Source: an uncultured Actinomyces sp.
Lineage (GTDB): Bacteria; Actinomycetota; Actinomycetes; Actinomycetales; Actinomycetaceae
NCBI GenBank assembly: GCA_963525415.1
Contig: CAURIY010000005.1
Coordinates: 54,441-118,440 of the forward strand
Reading direction: 5' to 3'
Length of the DNA stretch: 64,000 nucleotides
The translations under genes were made by a program, and so were the position numbers. The notes under the pieces were generated by a model, which saw nothing but the letters and a program-made list of their open reading frames with translations, had not been told where the DNA came from and made no database searches. Below are positions 1 to 9,724 of this stretch, in pieces (positions within the stretch are counted from its first letter, which is position 1; every line of letters begins with the position of its first letter).

Positions 1-362
1 CTGTGGATGAGAACGGCGCCTGGAAGGTGAGCGTTCCCGAGTCCGCTCCGCTGAAGTACGGCGATAACGTGTCTGTCGTGCAGACGGAGCTGGGTAAGGC
101 TCCGAGTTCCGCAACGGATGCGACCGCTGTCCACTCGTCGACTGTTGCTCCTTCCCCGGTTCCTCCGGTGATCCCCGGTCGCCACGGAATGACCTCGGAT
201 TCGTGGACGGGTGGCTCTGCCGAGCAGGGCACCGTTGGGAAGCGCGCGGGCGGCCTGTCGATGACGGGTTCGGAAACGATCATCGCGAGCGTTGCCGGGA
301 TGCTCCTGGCTCTCGGCGCTGGCATGTTGATCGGCAAGTCTGGGCGTCGCCGCGAGTCGTGA
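1..362 (+). CDS. C-terminal end of a sortase-anchored surface protein (5' part lies outside the window)
   Basis: Frame is open from the window edge. An Ig-like segment and Pro-rich linker precede a sorting signal: LSMTG, hydrophobic stretch IIASVAGMLLALGAGMLIG, basic tail KSGRRRES. Confidence 0.8.
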   Translation, partial: VDENGAWKVSVPESAPLKYGDNVSVVQTELGKAPSSATDATAVHSSTVAPSPVPPVIPGRHGMTSDSWTGGSAEQGTVGKRAGGLSMTGSETIIASVAGMLLALGAGMLIGKSGRRRES

Positions 363-437
363 CGACGTGACGAGGCGCCCGCCGAGAACGCGTTGAGCAT
401 TCCTTTTCGGCGGGGTCGTTTCGTCCCCTTCTGTAGC

Positions 438-479
438 CGTGTGGGGTGTGAGAAGATCTGTCTTCTCACACCCCACACG
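438..479 (+). terminator. Hairpin, probable intrinsic terminator
   Basis: Perfect 19-bp stem CGTGTGGGGTGTGAGAAGA-tctg-TCTTCTCACACCCCACACG after the surface-protein gene. Confidence 0.65.
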
Positions 480-582
480 CGCATATCAGGGGAACAGTGT
501 TCTCAGCTTCTTTTCCGTGTGCATGTCTCACGTGATTCCTTGAGCCTACTTTTGTTCCGCGCGCTTACGCCCTGCTATATAT

Positions 583-2790
583 ATGCACATGCGTTCCTCC
601 TCCCGCCCTTTGACTCCCGTGGAAGTTGCGACCTGCGGCATCCTGTCCAGCCTCGCGGTCGTCATGGGCGTGATCTCGGCGGTTATCCCCATCTACGGGT
701 CGCTGCTGAAAATTGCCGCTACCGTGCCGTTGGCCATGATTGCGGCGCAGACTCGCAGGCGGAGCATCACCACTGCATTCTTCGTCGTCATCGTGGTGGC
801 GACCGCTATCGGCGGCTTCACAAGTGGCATCAACATTGCCAAGTCGGCTCTCATCGGCCTGGTTGCCGGAGCCCTGTATCGGCATCGTGTGGGCTATGGC
901 CGCGCAGCCGTGATCGGCGTGGGTTTGGGAGTGTTCTTCGGCGCGTGTGCAGATGCGGTGCTCTTCGTGCTCCCGTCACTGCGTGTCCTCATCGTGGAGT
1001 CCCTTCGCACATCTACGCGAGGACTCCTGCGGGTTTTTGACCTGTGGGCGCCTCTCCACGAGACCGGCGACCAGCTGCGCACCCTGGTGGATTGGGCTGC
1101 CGACCACTGGTGGTTGTGGGTTCCTCTCGGTTCCCTCACCGCTGTTCCCCTGGCTCTTCTGGTCGCGTACTGGCTGATGTCGTCTGTTCTACGCAGGATC
1201 ACCTTGGCCGCGGGGTGGGACGCACTCTGCGATCCACCCGCAAACGTCGGCTCCTCGCAGGCACCCTCCGCGCGGGAGGCGTCCCCCAAAAACCCAGGCA
1301 CCGCCTCGCCGCACGCCTCTCCCGTGGAAACTCCTTCGCCCGACGCGGCCTCCGCCTCATCTTCCCCCCTTCCTCTGCGGATTGACGAGGCGACCTACAC
1401 CTACCCCGACGCCAGCAGTCCCGCTCTACACCCGTGTTCCCTGCGGATCGATGCCGGGGAATTCATTGTGATTCACGGGGCGAACGGTTCTGGGAAATCG
1501 ACGCTCGCCTCGCTGCTGGCCGGAGCTGCCCCCACATCCGGGCAGGTGCACCCCTCGCCTCGCCCTTTCCTGGGGCGTGAAGGAGGGATCGCGCTCATCG
1601 CCCAGCGCAGCGAGCTCCTCCTCTTGGGGGACACCGTGAGCGATGACGTTACCTGGGGATTCACCGCGGATGAACGCGCGCGCTGTCCCGTGTCTGAGCT
1701 TCTCGAACGCGTGGGGCTTGCCGGAGAAGAACACACGCTCACGCGCCACCTTTCCGGAGGACAGCGGCAGCGCCTCGCCTGTGCCAGCGCCCTGGCCAGG
1801 CGTCCGCACCTCATCATTTCCGATGAGAGCACCGCGATGGTCGATCCGGCCGGACGCGACGACCTCATGAAGATTTTGGCGTCTCTTCCCGACGAACACA
1901 CCAGCGTCGTTCACATTACGCACGACCCCGCCGAACGCGCGTATGCGACGCGAGAAATCATCCTCGACGGCGGACGAATCATCGCGGATCACCCGCTGGA
2001 CGTCACCTCGGGAAACTCCACCCGCGCGCAGGACGAGGCGGGCGAAAACCTCGCGCACGCCACGCGGAACAGCGCCTCGGCTCCGGATCTCCTGTCCCCC
2101 ACAGACTCTGGAAACACGCTGCGTCTGGACGATGTCACCCACACCTACGACCTGGGAACCCCGTGGGAGAAAACAGTCCTTCACGAGGTGTCTTTCACCC
2201 TCGAACCCGGGGCGGGGCTACTCATTACCGGCCACAACTGTTCGGGGAAAACCACTTTGGCCAGGATTATCACGGGGCTCATGCGTCCCTCGTGGGGGCA
2301 GTGCACCTGGGGTGGGGAGCCGACCGCACGGCAGGTGGGAGATATCGCCTACTCCATGCAGTTCGCACGCCTGCAGCTGCAGCGTCCCACTGTGCGTGAG
2401 GATATTTGCGCGGCCGCGGGCTACGGACTCGTTCGCGGCAGTAAGCGTCACCCCATCCCACGCGACCTCGATCGCGAGAAGGTTGCGTTCCTTGAGGCGA
2501 TGGAGGAAGTAGGGCTTCCTCTCGATCTCGCGGATCGCAATGTAGACCAGCTTTCCGGAGGGCAGATGCGACGGGTGGCACTTGCTGGTCTTTTGGCTGC
2601 CAACCCTCAGATCATGGTGTTGGATGAGCCAACGGCCGGGCTCGACGATGTCTCACGGGGGCTTCTCACCGATGCGCTGCGTCGACGCCAGGAACGGGGA
2701 ATGAGCGTCCTCATCATTTCTCACGACGTCGAGGATGTGGCGCAGCTCTGCAACGAACGTCGGATCCTCACCCAGGGGGTGCTGTCATGA
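583..2790 (+). CDS. ECF-type transporter: N-terminal multi-TM domain fused to two ABC ATPase domains
   Basis: About 200-aa hydrophobic N-terminus. Walker A GANGSGKST and GHNCSGKTT, two LSGGQ signatures, Walker B IISDE and MVLDE. Overlaps the next gene (ATGA). Confidence 0.85.
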   Translation: MHMRSSSRPLTPVEVATCGILSSLAVVMGVISAVIPIYGSLLKIAATVPLAMIAAQTRRRSITTAFFVVIVVATAIGGFTSGINIAKSALIGLVAGALYRHRVGYGRAAVIGVGLGVFFGACADAVLFVLPSLRVLIVESLRTSTRGLLRVFDLWAPLHETGDQLRTLVDWAADHWWLWVPLGSLTAVPLALLVAYWLMSSVLRRITLAAGWDALCDPPANVGSSQAPSAREASPKNPGTASPHASPVETPSPDAASASSSPLPLRIDEATYTYPDASSPALHPCSLRIDAGEFIVIHGANGSGKSTLASLLAGAAPTSGQVHPSPRPFLGREGGIALIAQRSELLLLGDTVSDDVTWGFTADERARCPVSELLERVGLAGEEHTLTRHLSGGQRQRLACASALARRPHLIISDESTAMVDPAGRDDLMKILASLPDEHTSVVHITHDPAERAYATREIILDGGRIIADHPLDVTSGNSTRAQDEAGENLAHATRNSASAPDLLSPTDSGNTLRLDDVTHTYDLGTPWEKTVLHEVSFTLEPGAGLLITGHNCSGKTTLARIITGLMRPSWGQCTWGGEPTARQVGDIAYSMQFARLQLQRPTVREDICAAAGYGLVRGSKRHPIPRDLDREKVAFLEAMEEVGLPLDLADRNVDQLSGGQMRRVALAGLLAANPQIMVLDEPTAGLDDVSRGLLTDALRRRQERGMSVLIISHDVEDVAQLCNERRILTQGVLS

Positions 2791-3683
2791 CGCTTTCTCA
2801 CCAGGCTTCCTCCCCGAAGGCGAAGTCTCATACGCAGGGGCGGGAAGGTGGGCGCCGCTCGCAGCGCCCCAGGAAGCCGGATGTTTTCTCTCTGCCGCGT
2901 ATCCTTCCCTGGCCGACTTTTCTTTCGCGCGCGTGGGCGGGAACTCCCCTCGTATGCTGGGCAGTTCTCACCACTGCGCTTCTGGTGTGGCCAACGTGGC
3001 CGACCGTGGGGATCCTTGCCGGAGTTCTGGGCGTTCTCACCCTGTGTATGCGCGTTCCTTTGGGGGCTGCACCTCGTCTGCAGTTCTGGTTTATCTGCGC
3101 CATGCTGGGCGGGTGTATTGGGGCGGCGCTCGGCGGAGGCTTTCTTCTGTTCTTACGCGCCATTTGCGTGGCGCTCCTCGTGCTGTGGGGGACGTCTCTG
3201 ATCCTCTGGTCGGTTGCGCCCGATCGCATTCCCAGTGCGATCCATGTTCTTCTGTCGCCGCTGGCTCGGCTGAAACTTCCCGTCGATGAGTGGGTACACG
3301 TAATGTCTCTGGCGGTTCGCGGACTTCCTCTGGTGGGGGAGCAGATGCGGGCGGCGACGCACACGATTTTGCTGCGCTACAACCCGATGATGCGTCGCGC
3401 TCACAACGCCTATTTGGAGGCTCGTACTCAGGCGAAAGCCGCGGGAGTTCGTCCTCAGACGGTTCCCACTCCTTCGCTTGCGGACTATGGGCGCGTGCTG
3501 ACGGATATCACCACGGCTGTCCTATCGGCGAGTTCGCGAACGGCTGCGGATACCGGGCGCGCAATTTCCCTCAGGGGCGGGCTTCCCGCATTGACTCGGG
3601 AGTCTGTACGCCTTTCCTGGCGCGACGCGCTGCTCTATGCGGGAACGGCGCTGGCTTGCGCGGCTATCGTGTGGCTGCACTGA
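2787..3683 (+). CDS. ECF transporter transmembrane T component (EcfT/CbiQ family)
   Basis: Multi-TM protein coupled to the ATPase gene, with EcfT-like Arg motifs (LAVRGLP, AISLRGG). Confidence 0.75.
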   Translation: MTLSHQASSPKAKSHTQGREGGRRSQRPRKPDVFSLPRILPWPTFLSRAWAGTPLVCWAVLTTALLVWPTWPTVGILAGVLGVLTLCMRVPLGAAPRLQFWFICAMLGGCIGAALGGGFLLFLRAICVALLVLWGTSLILWSVAPDRIPSAIHVLLSPLARLKLPVDEWVHVMSLAVRGLPLVGEQMRAATHTILLRYNPMMRRAHNAYLEARTQAKAAGVRPQTVPTPSLADYGRVLTDITTAVLSASSRTAADTGRAISLRGGLPALTRESVRLSWRDALLYAGTALACAAIVWLH

Positions 3684-3758
3684 GGGCGGGCGCGTACAAA
3701 AATTCAGCACACCCTCTCAACATGTCGCCAGCACCACACTGAATATGCTTCCGCCAGT

Positions 3759-3788
3759 TTGACTCACACGCCCCACTCCCCGTATTGT
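3759..3788 (+). promoter_or_regulatory. SigA-type promoter of tRNA-Leu
   Basis: TTGACT-18 nt-TATTGT, ending 10 nt before the tRNA 5' end. Confidence 0.6.
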
Positions 3789-3798
3789 TTCTGGGTAC

Positions 3799-3885
3799 GC
3801 GCGAGTGGCGGAATAGGCAGACGCGCACGGTTCAGGTCCGTGTTCCAGTGATGGAGTGGGGGTTCAACTCCCCCCTCGCGCACCA
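3799..3885 (+). tRNA. tRNA-Leu (anticodon CAG)
   Basis: Acceptor GCGCGAG/CTCGCGC-A-CCA, D-loop GGAATAGG, anticodon arm CACGG-TTCAGGT-CCGTG, long variable arm, T-arm GGGGG-TTCAACT-CCCCC. Confidence 0.97.
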
Positions 3886-3898
3886 CCCGAAAGGGTTC

Positions 3899-3930
3899 AT
3901 CCAGCGGCATATCCGCTGGATTTTTTATTT
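3899..3930 (+). terminator. Intrinsic terminator after tRNA-Leu
   Basis: ATCCAGCGG-catat-CCGCTGGAT followed by TTTTTATTT. Confidence 0.75.
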
Positions 3931-4120
3931 TCCCTGTTCAAATGACTATCGCGCCGGCATAAAACCCTGTAGCGTGAGGACAGTAGTTCACAGTTTCATT
4001 GCAGTTCCGCGCCCTCGGGCGCTACCCCACCGGGTGAAGTTGCAGGAGGTTGCGCACTATTCCGTTCGCAACCGCGTTCGGATCACCGCCCCACACGGGG
4101 CACTCCTGATGGGAAACACT

Positions 4121-4330
4121 ATGACCACCGGAACTGTTAAGTGGTTCAACGACGACAAGGGCTACGGCTTCATCTCCCCCGACACCGGAGAAGCTGACGT
4201 TTTCGCCCACTTCTCCAACATCGTCCAGGCCTCGGGTCGCCGCACCCTCGTCGAAGGCGAGAAGGTCGAATTCGACATCGCCCAGGGCCCCAAGGGACTC
4301 CAAGCTGAGAACATTCAGCGTCTCGGCTGA
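4121..4330 (+). CDS. cspA: Cold-shock protein, CspA family
   Basis: [18 protein letters not shown]...VFAHFS...[10 protein letters not shown] (RNP1/RNP2 motifs). Start taken at ATG 4121 inside the longer ORF. Confidence 0.95.
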   Translation: MTTGTVKWFNDDKGYGFISPDTGEADVFAHFSNIVQASGRRTLVEGEKVEFDIAQGPKGLQAENIQRLG

Positions 4331-4543
4331 CACCGACTAGCGGCTATGCCGCACCTCCGGCCACCTGCTCCACCCCACCCACACCCATAGGAGCAGGTGG
4401 CCACCCCTTTTTCTGCGACCCGAAGGACGCATGAGGTTCCGAGGCGAGAGAGCAGGGTTCCAGGACACGGCATCACAGTCAGTGCGCCACCAGACCTACC
4501 AGCACGGCTCGACCTGCGAAGACCGCGAGAACGACACCGTGAC

Positions 4544-5182
4544 CTAGAGCCACCCGTTTTCCTGTGCAATCTTCACCGCTTCACCTCTCGTGCGCGCACC
4601 GGTTTTAGCTATCACGGCACTCACATAGTTGCGAACTGTGCCCTGGCTCAGAAACAGCTGCTCGGCGACGTCCGCAAGAGTTCCTCCGGCGGCGACGGCT
4701 CGCAGCACCTCACCTTCACGTTCGGTCAGCGGCGAGGCGCCGCGCGTGAGCGTTTCCACGGCAAGTTGCGGGTCAATCACGCGCAGCCCCTGAGCGACAC
4801 GACGCACAGCATCAAAAAGTTCCGCGGGCGGAGCATCCTTGACGATGAAGCCGCTGACACCCGAGTCAAGTGCGCGCTGGACATAGCCGGGTCGCCCAAA
4901 AGTGGTGACGACGAGAACCCGCACCTCGGGGTGCGAAGCGCGAATGTGAGCGGCAGCGCTCACCCCATCCATGACCGGCATTTCAATGTCGGTGAGAACG
5001 ACATCTACTCCCTGTTCCCCACCGGCATTCGTAGCAGCATCAACTGCTTCCACTAATTCGCGTCCGTTGGCAGCCTGTGCAACGACGGTGATATCCGGCG
5101 CCAGGTCCAGGAGTGCCGCGAGCGCGCCCCGCACCATCGCCTGGTCATCGGCGACAATTAGGCGAATAGGCGCATCCGGCAT
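4544..5182 (-). CDS. NarL/LuxR-family response regulator (DesR-like)
   Basis: Receiver domain (ADDQ, DIEMP, TTFGRPGY, KD) plus LuxR HTH (LTERE...LSQGTVRNYVS). Confidence 0.93.
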   Translation of the reverse strand: MPDAPIRLIVADDQAMVRGALAALLDLAPDITVVAQAANGRELVEAVDAATNAGGEQGVDVVLTDIEMPVMDGVSAAAHIRASHPEVRVLVVTTFGRPGYVQRALDSGVSGFIVKDAPPAELFDAVRRVAQGLRVIDPQLAVETLTRGASPLTEREGEVLRAVAAGGTLADVAEQLFLSQGTVRNYVSAVIAKTGARTRGEAVKIAQENGWL

Positions 5183-5234
5183 CGTTCCCCCTGTGTTCTA
5201 TTCCGTAACTTTCATCCACCGTACACCGCTCAGC

Positions 5235-6392
5235 TCATGCCACCCACTCTGTTTCCTCGTCAGCAAAACGTAGCGTGAGCGTCCAGTACCGTCCGTTAGC
5301 TCCCCAGCTCACACTCCCCGCGTCACCTACGCGTTCACGCAGTCCGTCCAACCCCAGTCCGCTTCCCGAGCTGCGCTGTGAGAATTGAGCGTTGTAGCCA
5401 TCATTCGTCACGCTCACTTCATTCGCGGTAATCACGAGGCGCACGCGCGTGGGGTAGGCGTGGGCGAGCGCATTGGTTACGCCTTCACGGATGACATGTC
5501 CCGCGAGGAGAGCCCTCGATCCCACGGGAATATCGTCAACATTCCCCACGACTTCGAGGTCGGCACCGATCACGCTGAGAAGGTCGCGTGCGGCGTCAAT
5601 TTCTTCAGCGGGGGTCACTACGCGCGTAGCGGCAACGATCGCTCGAACGTCGGCCAACGCCTCGCGAGACATCGTGAGGAGGTCATCAACGTGGGTACGC
5701 GCTTCCTCGTTCCGTCCCAGTTCCATGAGTTGCGAGGCGACCTGTGCTTTGAGCGCAATCCCCGTAAGCGAGTGGCCGAGGATGTCGTGGAGATCTGCGC
5801 TCAGTCGTGTACGTTCACGTTCCTTGGTAATGAGGAGCGCACGCTGATGGTCTTTTTCGCGTTCTTGCTCACGCGTCATTCCCCAGCGAGATAGTCCACA
5901 GATCAACAGGGAGGCGGGCACTACACAGATCCCCCACAGGGGGTCACCGGCGATGAGGATTTCAACGACCGTTACAGCGATCAGCGCGCCAGCTCCCGGA
6001 AGAAGAAGTTTTCTGGTGGATTGGAGGATCCACACGGCTCCGGGGTAGCCCAGCATAAGGAAGCTCATATGCACATCCGGAATCGTGAGCGCAAGCAACC
6101 AATAGGCCACCTGGCTCCCAAGCAGCACAGAAAAGGTGGCGATAAAAGTCCGGGTGACACGTTCACTGACAGGAGGAACGGGGTTCAGCACCCAGGAGGC
6201 AATGGAAGAGGCCGCGATGCTCAGGATCAGCAGCAGACACAGAAGCCCTTTGAGGGTTCCCAAGCCCAATCCCATTGCCACGTCGAGCGGGAAGACGAGA
6301 AATACCAAGAATGGGGCTGACCAGAGGAAATTCATCACACGCGGGTGCTTCTCGAAAAAACTCACGTGCTGCTCACTGACCGATGTCGTCAT
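5235..6392 (-). CDS. Membrane sensor histidine kinase (HisKA_3, DesK-like)
   Basis: N-terminal TM helices, H-box ERTRLSADLHDILGHSL, REGVTNALAHA, G-box GSGLGLDGLRER. Confidence 0.92.
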   Translation of the reverse strand: MTTSVSEQHVSFFEKHPRVMNFLWSAPFLVFLVFPLDVAMGLGLGTLKGLLCLLLILSIAASSIASWVLNPVPPVSERVTRTFIATFSVLLGSQVAYWLLALTIPDVHMSFLMLGYPGAVWILQSTRKLLLPGAGALIAVTVVEILIAGDPLWGICVVPASLLICGLSRWGMTREQEREKDHQRALLITKERERTRLSADLHDILGHSLTGIALKAQVASQLMELGRNEEARTHVDDLLTMSREALADVRAIVAATRVVTPAEEIDAARDLLSVIGADLEVVGNVDDIPVGSRALLAGHVIREGVTNALAHAYPTRVRLVITANEVSVTNDGYNAQFSQRSSGSGLGLDGLRERVGDAGSVSWGANGRYWTLTLRFADEETEWVA

Positions 6393-6507
6393 TCCTGCCC
6401 TCCGCACATCCTAGGCCTCCATTCTCTACGCTCATCACTTTTATTCCCCCGCTTCACACACGCCAGCGAGAACAACGGAAGGGAGCACCGCCTCGTCAAG
6501 AGAACGT

Positions 6508-7356
6508 TCAGCGACTCGTATCGCGCTTATTCCCCCACACTGCCACCACGGTGAAAATCAACGTCCATGCCACGATATTCGCCACGTGCTGCCAGGAGAG
6601 GAGACCCTCTCCTCGCACGAGAGCTTGCGCGACTCTGGTCATTCCATAGAAGGGAGTCCAGGGGGCAATCGTTGCGACAACGGGAGCCATCTGCTCCAGA
6701 GGAATGAACATACCCGAGATAAAGGCACCCAACACGGACAGCAGGGAGGACAGGGAGTAGGCTCCGTCTCCTCGCACCGCAAAACCGGCTGCGAGCCCCA
6801 TTGCACCGGGGAGCACGGACATGAGGGTCGTGAGAACAGCACTCAGCACCCACGTCCGGGAATCCATTCGTGCTCCGGTGACGTATCCGAAGAGGTAGGT
6901 GACGGCAATAATCAACACGGACAGGCTCATCGAGGCGACAATTCGAACAAGAATCTGCACGGTGGAGCTCATGGGAGTCATCGCAAACATGCGCGAAATC
7001 CCATTCGACCGTTCGAGAGCGACGGTGGCTCCCAGGGATCCAGCCACGAGGATCACACCGTAGAGCGCCATATTCGTCAGGATGGCTGCGGTGATGTTGC
7101 CGTGCGCAAGCTCGTAGTTGAGGTACTCGTCATTGACACCAAACATGTAGTACATGGCCAGCGGCATCGCGAAGGCAAAGCCCATGTTCCACGGGTTGAG
7201 CAGGTGGCGCAGGACGGTGGCGAGCCACAGGTGTCCGGCACCTTTGAGCGCTGAGGGAGCGCGGTAGTTCTCCAGGGGGATGTAGGCCATGTGGCGTTCA
7301 GAGGCGTCCCCTTGGACGGTTTCAGTTGCGTGGGAAGCAGTGCGGGTGGTCATCAT
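6508..7356 (-). CDS. ABC-2 type exporter permease
   Basis: About 6 TM segments, ALERSNG and GMFIPL motifs, downstream of the ATPase. Start estimated. Confidence 0.85.
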   Translation of the reverse strand: MMTTRTASHATETVQGDASERHMAYIPLENYRAPSALKGAGHLWLATVLRHLLNPWNMGFAFAMPLAMYYMFGVNDEYLNYELAHGNITAAILTNMALYGVILVAGSLGATVALERSNGISRMFAMTPMSSTVQILVRIVASMSLSVLIIAVTYLFGYVTGARMDSRTWVLSAVLTTLMSVLPGAMGLAAGFAVRGDGAYSLSSLLSVLGAFISGMFIPLEQMAPVVATIAPWTPFYGMTRVAQALVRGEGLLSWQHVANIVAWTLIFTVVAVWGNKRDTSR

Positions 7357-7432
7357 TCGTTCTTTCATTGACGAGGCAGTGGACGGGTATCGGGTTGACG
7401 AACGTTCCGGTGAGCGCAGGAACAGCGGGCGT

Positions 7433-8383
7433 TCAGGCGGTAAGGCTTGCGAATACGTCGTCAAGGGATGCGGGAGTGAGGGTGAGGCCGTGGACTCCCG
7501 GCTGAGAGAGGAGGAAACGGGCGGCGTCATCGAGGTCGTGGCCGCGAACGATGAGGGTCGGACCGTCGACGCTCACTGTCCACCCACGCGAGGAGCCGTT
7601 TACTCCGCTGTTCCCCACACTTTCTCCCCTCTCGCGCACAGCGGAGGCCAGTTTTTCTGCGTCCGCGGCATTCGCCTCGTGAAGGACGGTGAGGGTGGCT
7701 CCTTCGCCCATCTGCCCGATCTCTTCGGTGGGAGCATCCACGATCAGCCGGCCGTTCTTCACGATGGCGATGCGCTGGGCGAATTCTTGTGCTTCGGTGA
7801 GGTAGTGGGTGGCGAAGATGACGGTGCGGCCACGGTCGGCTTGTGCGCGCATGACCTCCCAGAAGTGAGCGCGAGCGTTGACGTCCATACCGGTGGTGGG
7901 CTCGTCAAGGAAAAGGAGCTGGGGGTCAGCGATGAGGGCAAGGGCGAGGCGGACGCGCTGCTGTTCACCTCCGGAGAGTTTTGAAATGCGCGTACGGCGG
8001 AAGTCAGCGAGGTGTGCCTGTTCGATGACTTCGTCGAGGGGCGCGGGGTTGGCGTGGAGGGAAGCGGTGAGGCGGAGAAGAGAGTCGACGGTTGCGGAGG
8101 TGTCGAGTGCTCCCGTTTGCTGGACGACTCCGACCAGGGAGCGGCGGATAGCCTCGCGGGGAGTCCCTCCGAAAAGCTGGACGCTGCCGGAGTCGGCTTC
8201 TTGCAGGCCGAGAGCGATGTCGATGAAGGTGGTTTTTCCAGCTCCGTTGGGGCCGAGGAGAGCCACGATTTCTCCGCGGTTGACGGTGAAGGAGAGGCCG
8301 TCAACGGCGGTGACGGTGCCGAAGGTTTTACGGATGTTCTGCGCGCTGAGGGCGGGAGCGTTGGGGTCACATGTCGTGTTCAT
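7433..8383 (-). CDS. ABC exporter ATP-binding protein
   Basis: GPNGAGKTT, LSGGE, LDEPTTGMD, ATH. Start could instead be GTG 8401. Confidence 0.92.
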   Translation of the reverse strand: MNTTCDPNAPALSAQNIRKTFGTVTAVDGLSFTVNRGEIVALLGPNGAGKTTFIDIALGLQEADSGSVQLFGGTPREAIRRSLVGVVQQTGALDTSATVDSLLRLTASLHANPAPLDEVIEQAHLADFRRTRISKLSGGEQQRVRLALALIADPQLLFLDEPTTGMDVNARAHFWEVMRAQADRGRTVIFATHYLTEAQEFAQRIAIVKNGRLIVDAPTEEIGQMGEGATLTVLHEANAADAEKLASAVRERGESVGNSGVNGSSRGWTVSVDGPTLIVRGHDLDDAARFLLSQPGVHGLTLTPASLDDVFASLTA

Positions 8384-8442
8384 GCCCTCTATTTCACTCA
8401 CCGCAAGGCCGGAGCGGCAGTGTCAGATGCACATCTTGTGAA

Positions 8443-8458
8443 CATGACAGATGTCATG
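8443..8458. promoter_or_regulatory. Palindromic operator, probable binding site of the adjacent response regulator
   Basis: CATGACA-GA-TGTCATG perfect inverted repeat about 60 nt upstream of the ABC/TCS operon, plus an extra TGTCA half-site at 8421. Confidence 0.55.
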
Positions 8459-8636
8459 GATGGGCGCTCGCTGTCCCACGCACCCTCCACCTCGTATACC
8501 TCCACGCTCACCACGCCTCGCGTCTACGCCCCACGCCGAAACAACGCTGTCGAGGATGACCGACGCCAGCACCCCTACCAGCGCCACTGTTACCACACCG
8601 ACGCCTCAGCTACCGCAAAGATCGGCGACAACGACA

Positions 8637-8664
8637 GCGGGGGCTTCCCGAAGGAAGCCCCCGC
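8637..8664 (-). terminator. Terminator hairpin of the uxuB-uxuA-MFS-dehydrogenase operon
   Basis: GCGGGGGCTTCC-cgaa-GGAAGCCCCCGC, 22 nt past the stop. Confidence 0.65.
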
Positions 8665-8686
8665 CCCATCACAGTGCCCGAAAAGT

Positions 8687-9724
8687 TCAGGACAGTTTGA
8701 GCATGACCTTAGAAGAACCGGTCGAGCGGTCAGCCGCCACACCGAATGCTTCTTCAGCCTGATCGATATCGAAGGTGTGGGTCAGCAACGGCTCCACATT
8801 CAGACCCGACGCCATCGCCTCGATCGCATCCGTGATCTCGTCGACAAAACGGTAGGATCCCACGTACTCAATCTCGCGGGTCACGATCTGTCCCAGAGCA
8901 GCGGACACCTCGCCACCGGGCATGTTGCCCACCTGAACGACTCGCCCACCGCGGACGGTCGCAAGGAAGACATCACCCAGCGCACGAGACACACCCGTTG
9001 CTTCGATCACGACATCGACGTCCTGAGGCAATGCCTCGCCAGCAGAACGATCAATGACCTCATCCGCACCCATGGCTTTCGCAATGGCCAGGGCGGACGC
9101 CGACATGTCTGCGCCATACACGGTCGCAGCACCAGCGTGCTTGGCAGCAGCCACACACAGAGCCCCAATCGGTCCGGTACCGTTGACCAGAACGCGCTTC
9201 CCCGCAAGGTCGCCCGCACGCTTGACGGCGTGAAGAGCCACTCCGAGAGGCTCAGCGACAGCACCGTGGCGGGTGCTCACCGAATCTGGAAGGACACGGA
9301 TCTGATCGACACGCACTACACGGTAGGTAGAAAATCCCCCCATCTCATGCGGCTGGAATGCTGCCGAACCAAAGTAGCGAACCTCCGGCCAGAGGTTGTC
9401 ACGTCCCTCCAGATGTGCGGGCATCTCGTAGTCACCCACATTGGTTGCTGGGTGAACAGTCACGCGGTCACCCACAGACAGACCCTCAACACCCTCACCG
9501 AGAGCATCGATGTGTCCGGCGACTTCATGTCCCAGGATCAGCGGTTCACGCAGGACAGCCGTACCGGATACACCCTTACGCCAGTAGGCGATATCGGATC
9601 CGCAGATCCCGCCCCATTCCATAGCGATACGGACTTCACCTGCACCCGGAGTAGGGTCAGCAACCTCATCCACACGCAGAGTGACTTCATCACCCGTCTT
9701 TTCAACGCGTACAGCCTTCATCAC
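8687..9724 (-). CDS. Zn-dependent sugar-acid 5-dehydrogenase (IdnD-like MDR family)
   Basis: GGICGSD, LGHEVAG, RYFGSAA..PH..GGF, GTGPIG Rossmann motif. The structural-Zn cysteines are absent. Confidence 0.85.
   Translation of the reverse strand: MMKAVRVEKTGDEVTLRVDEVADPTPGAGEVRIAMEWGGICGSDIAYWRKGVSGTAVLREPLILGHEVAGHIDALGEGVEGLSVGDRVTVHPATNVGDYEMPAHLEGRDNLWPEVRYFGSAAFQPHEMGGFSTYRVVRVDQIRVLPDSVSTRHGAVAEPLGVALHAVKRAGDLAGKRVLVNGTGPIGALCVAAAKHAGAATVYGADMSASALAIAKAMGADEVIDRSAGEALPQDVDVVIEATGVSRALGDVFLATVRGGRVVQVGNMPGGEVSAALGQIVTREIEYVGSYRFVDEITDAIEAMASGLNVEPLLTHTFDIDQAEEAFGVAADRSTGSSKVMLKLS

Noticed and set aside
524..539. TGTCTCACGTGATTCC as a degenerate parS
   Set aside because: Four mismatches to the perfect sites found elsewhere in the window.
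3785..4120. N-terminal extension of the 181-aa ORF over the tRNA
   Set aside because: It overlaps tRNA-Leu and its terminator. The real CspA starts at 4121.
3886..8460. Genomic island integrated at tRNA-Leu
   Set aside because: No integrase and no duplicated tRNA 3' end was seen.
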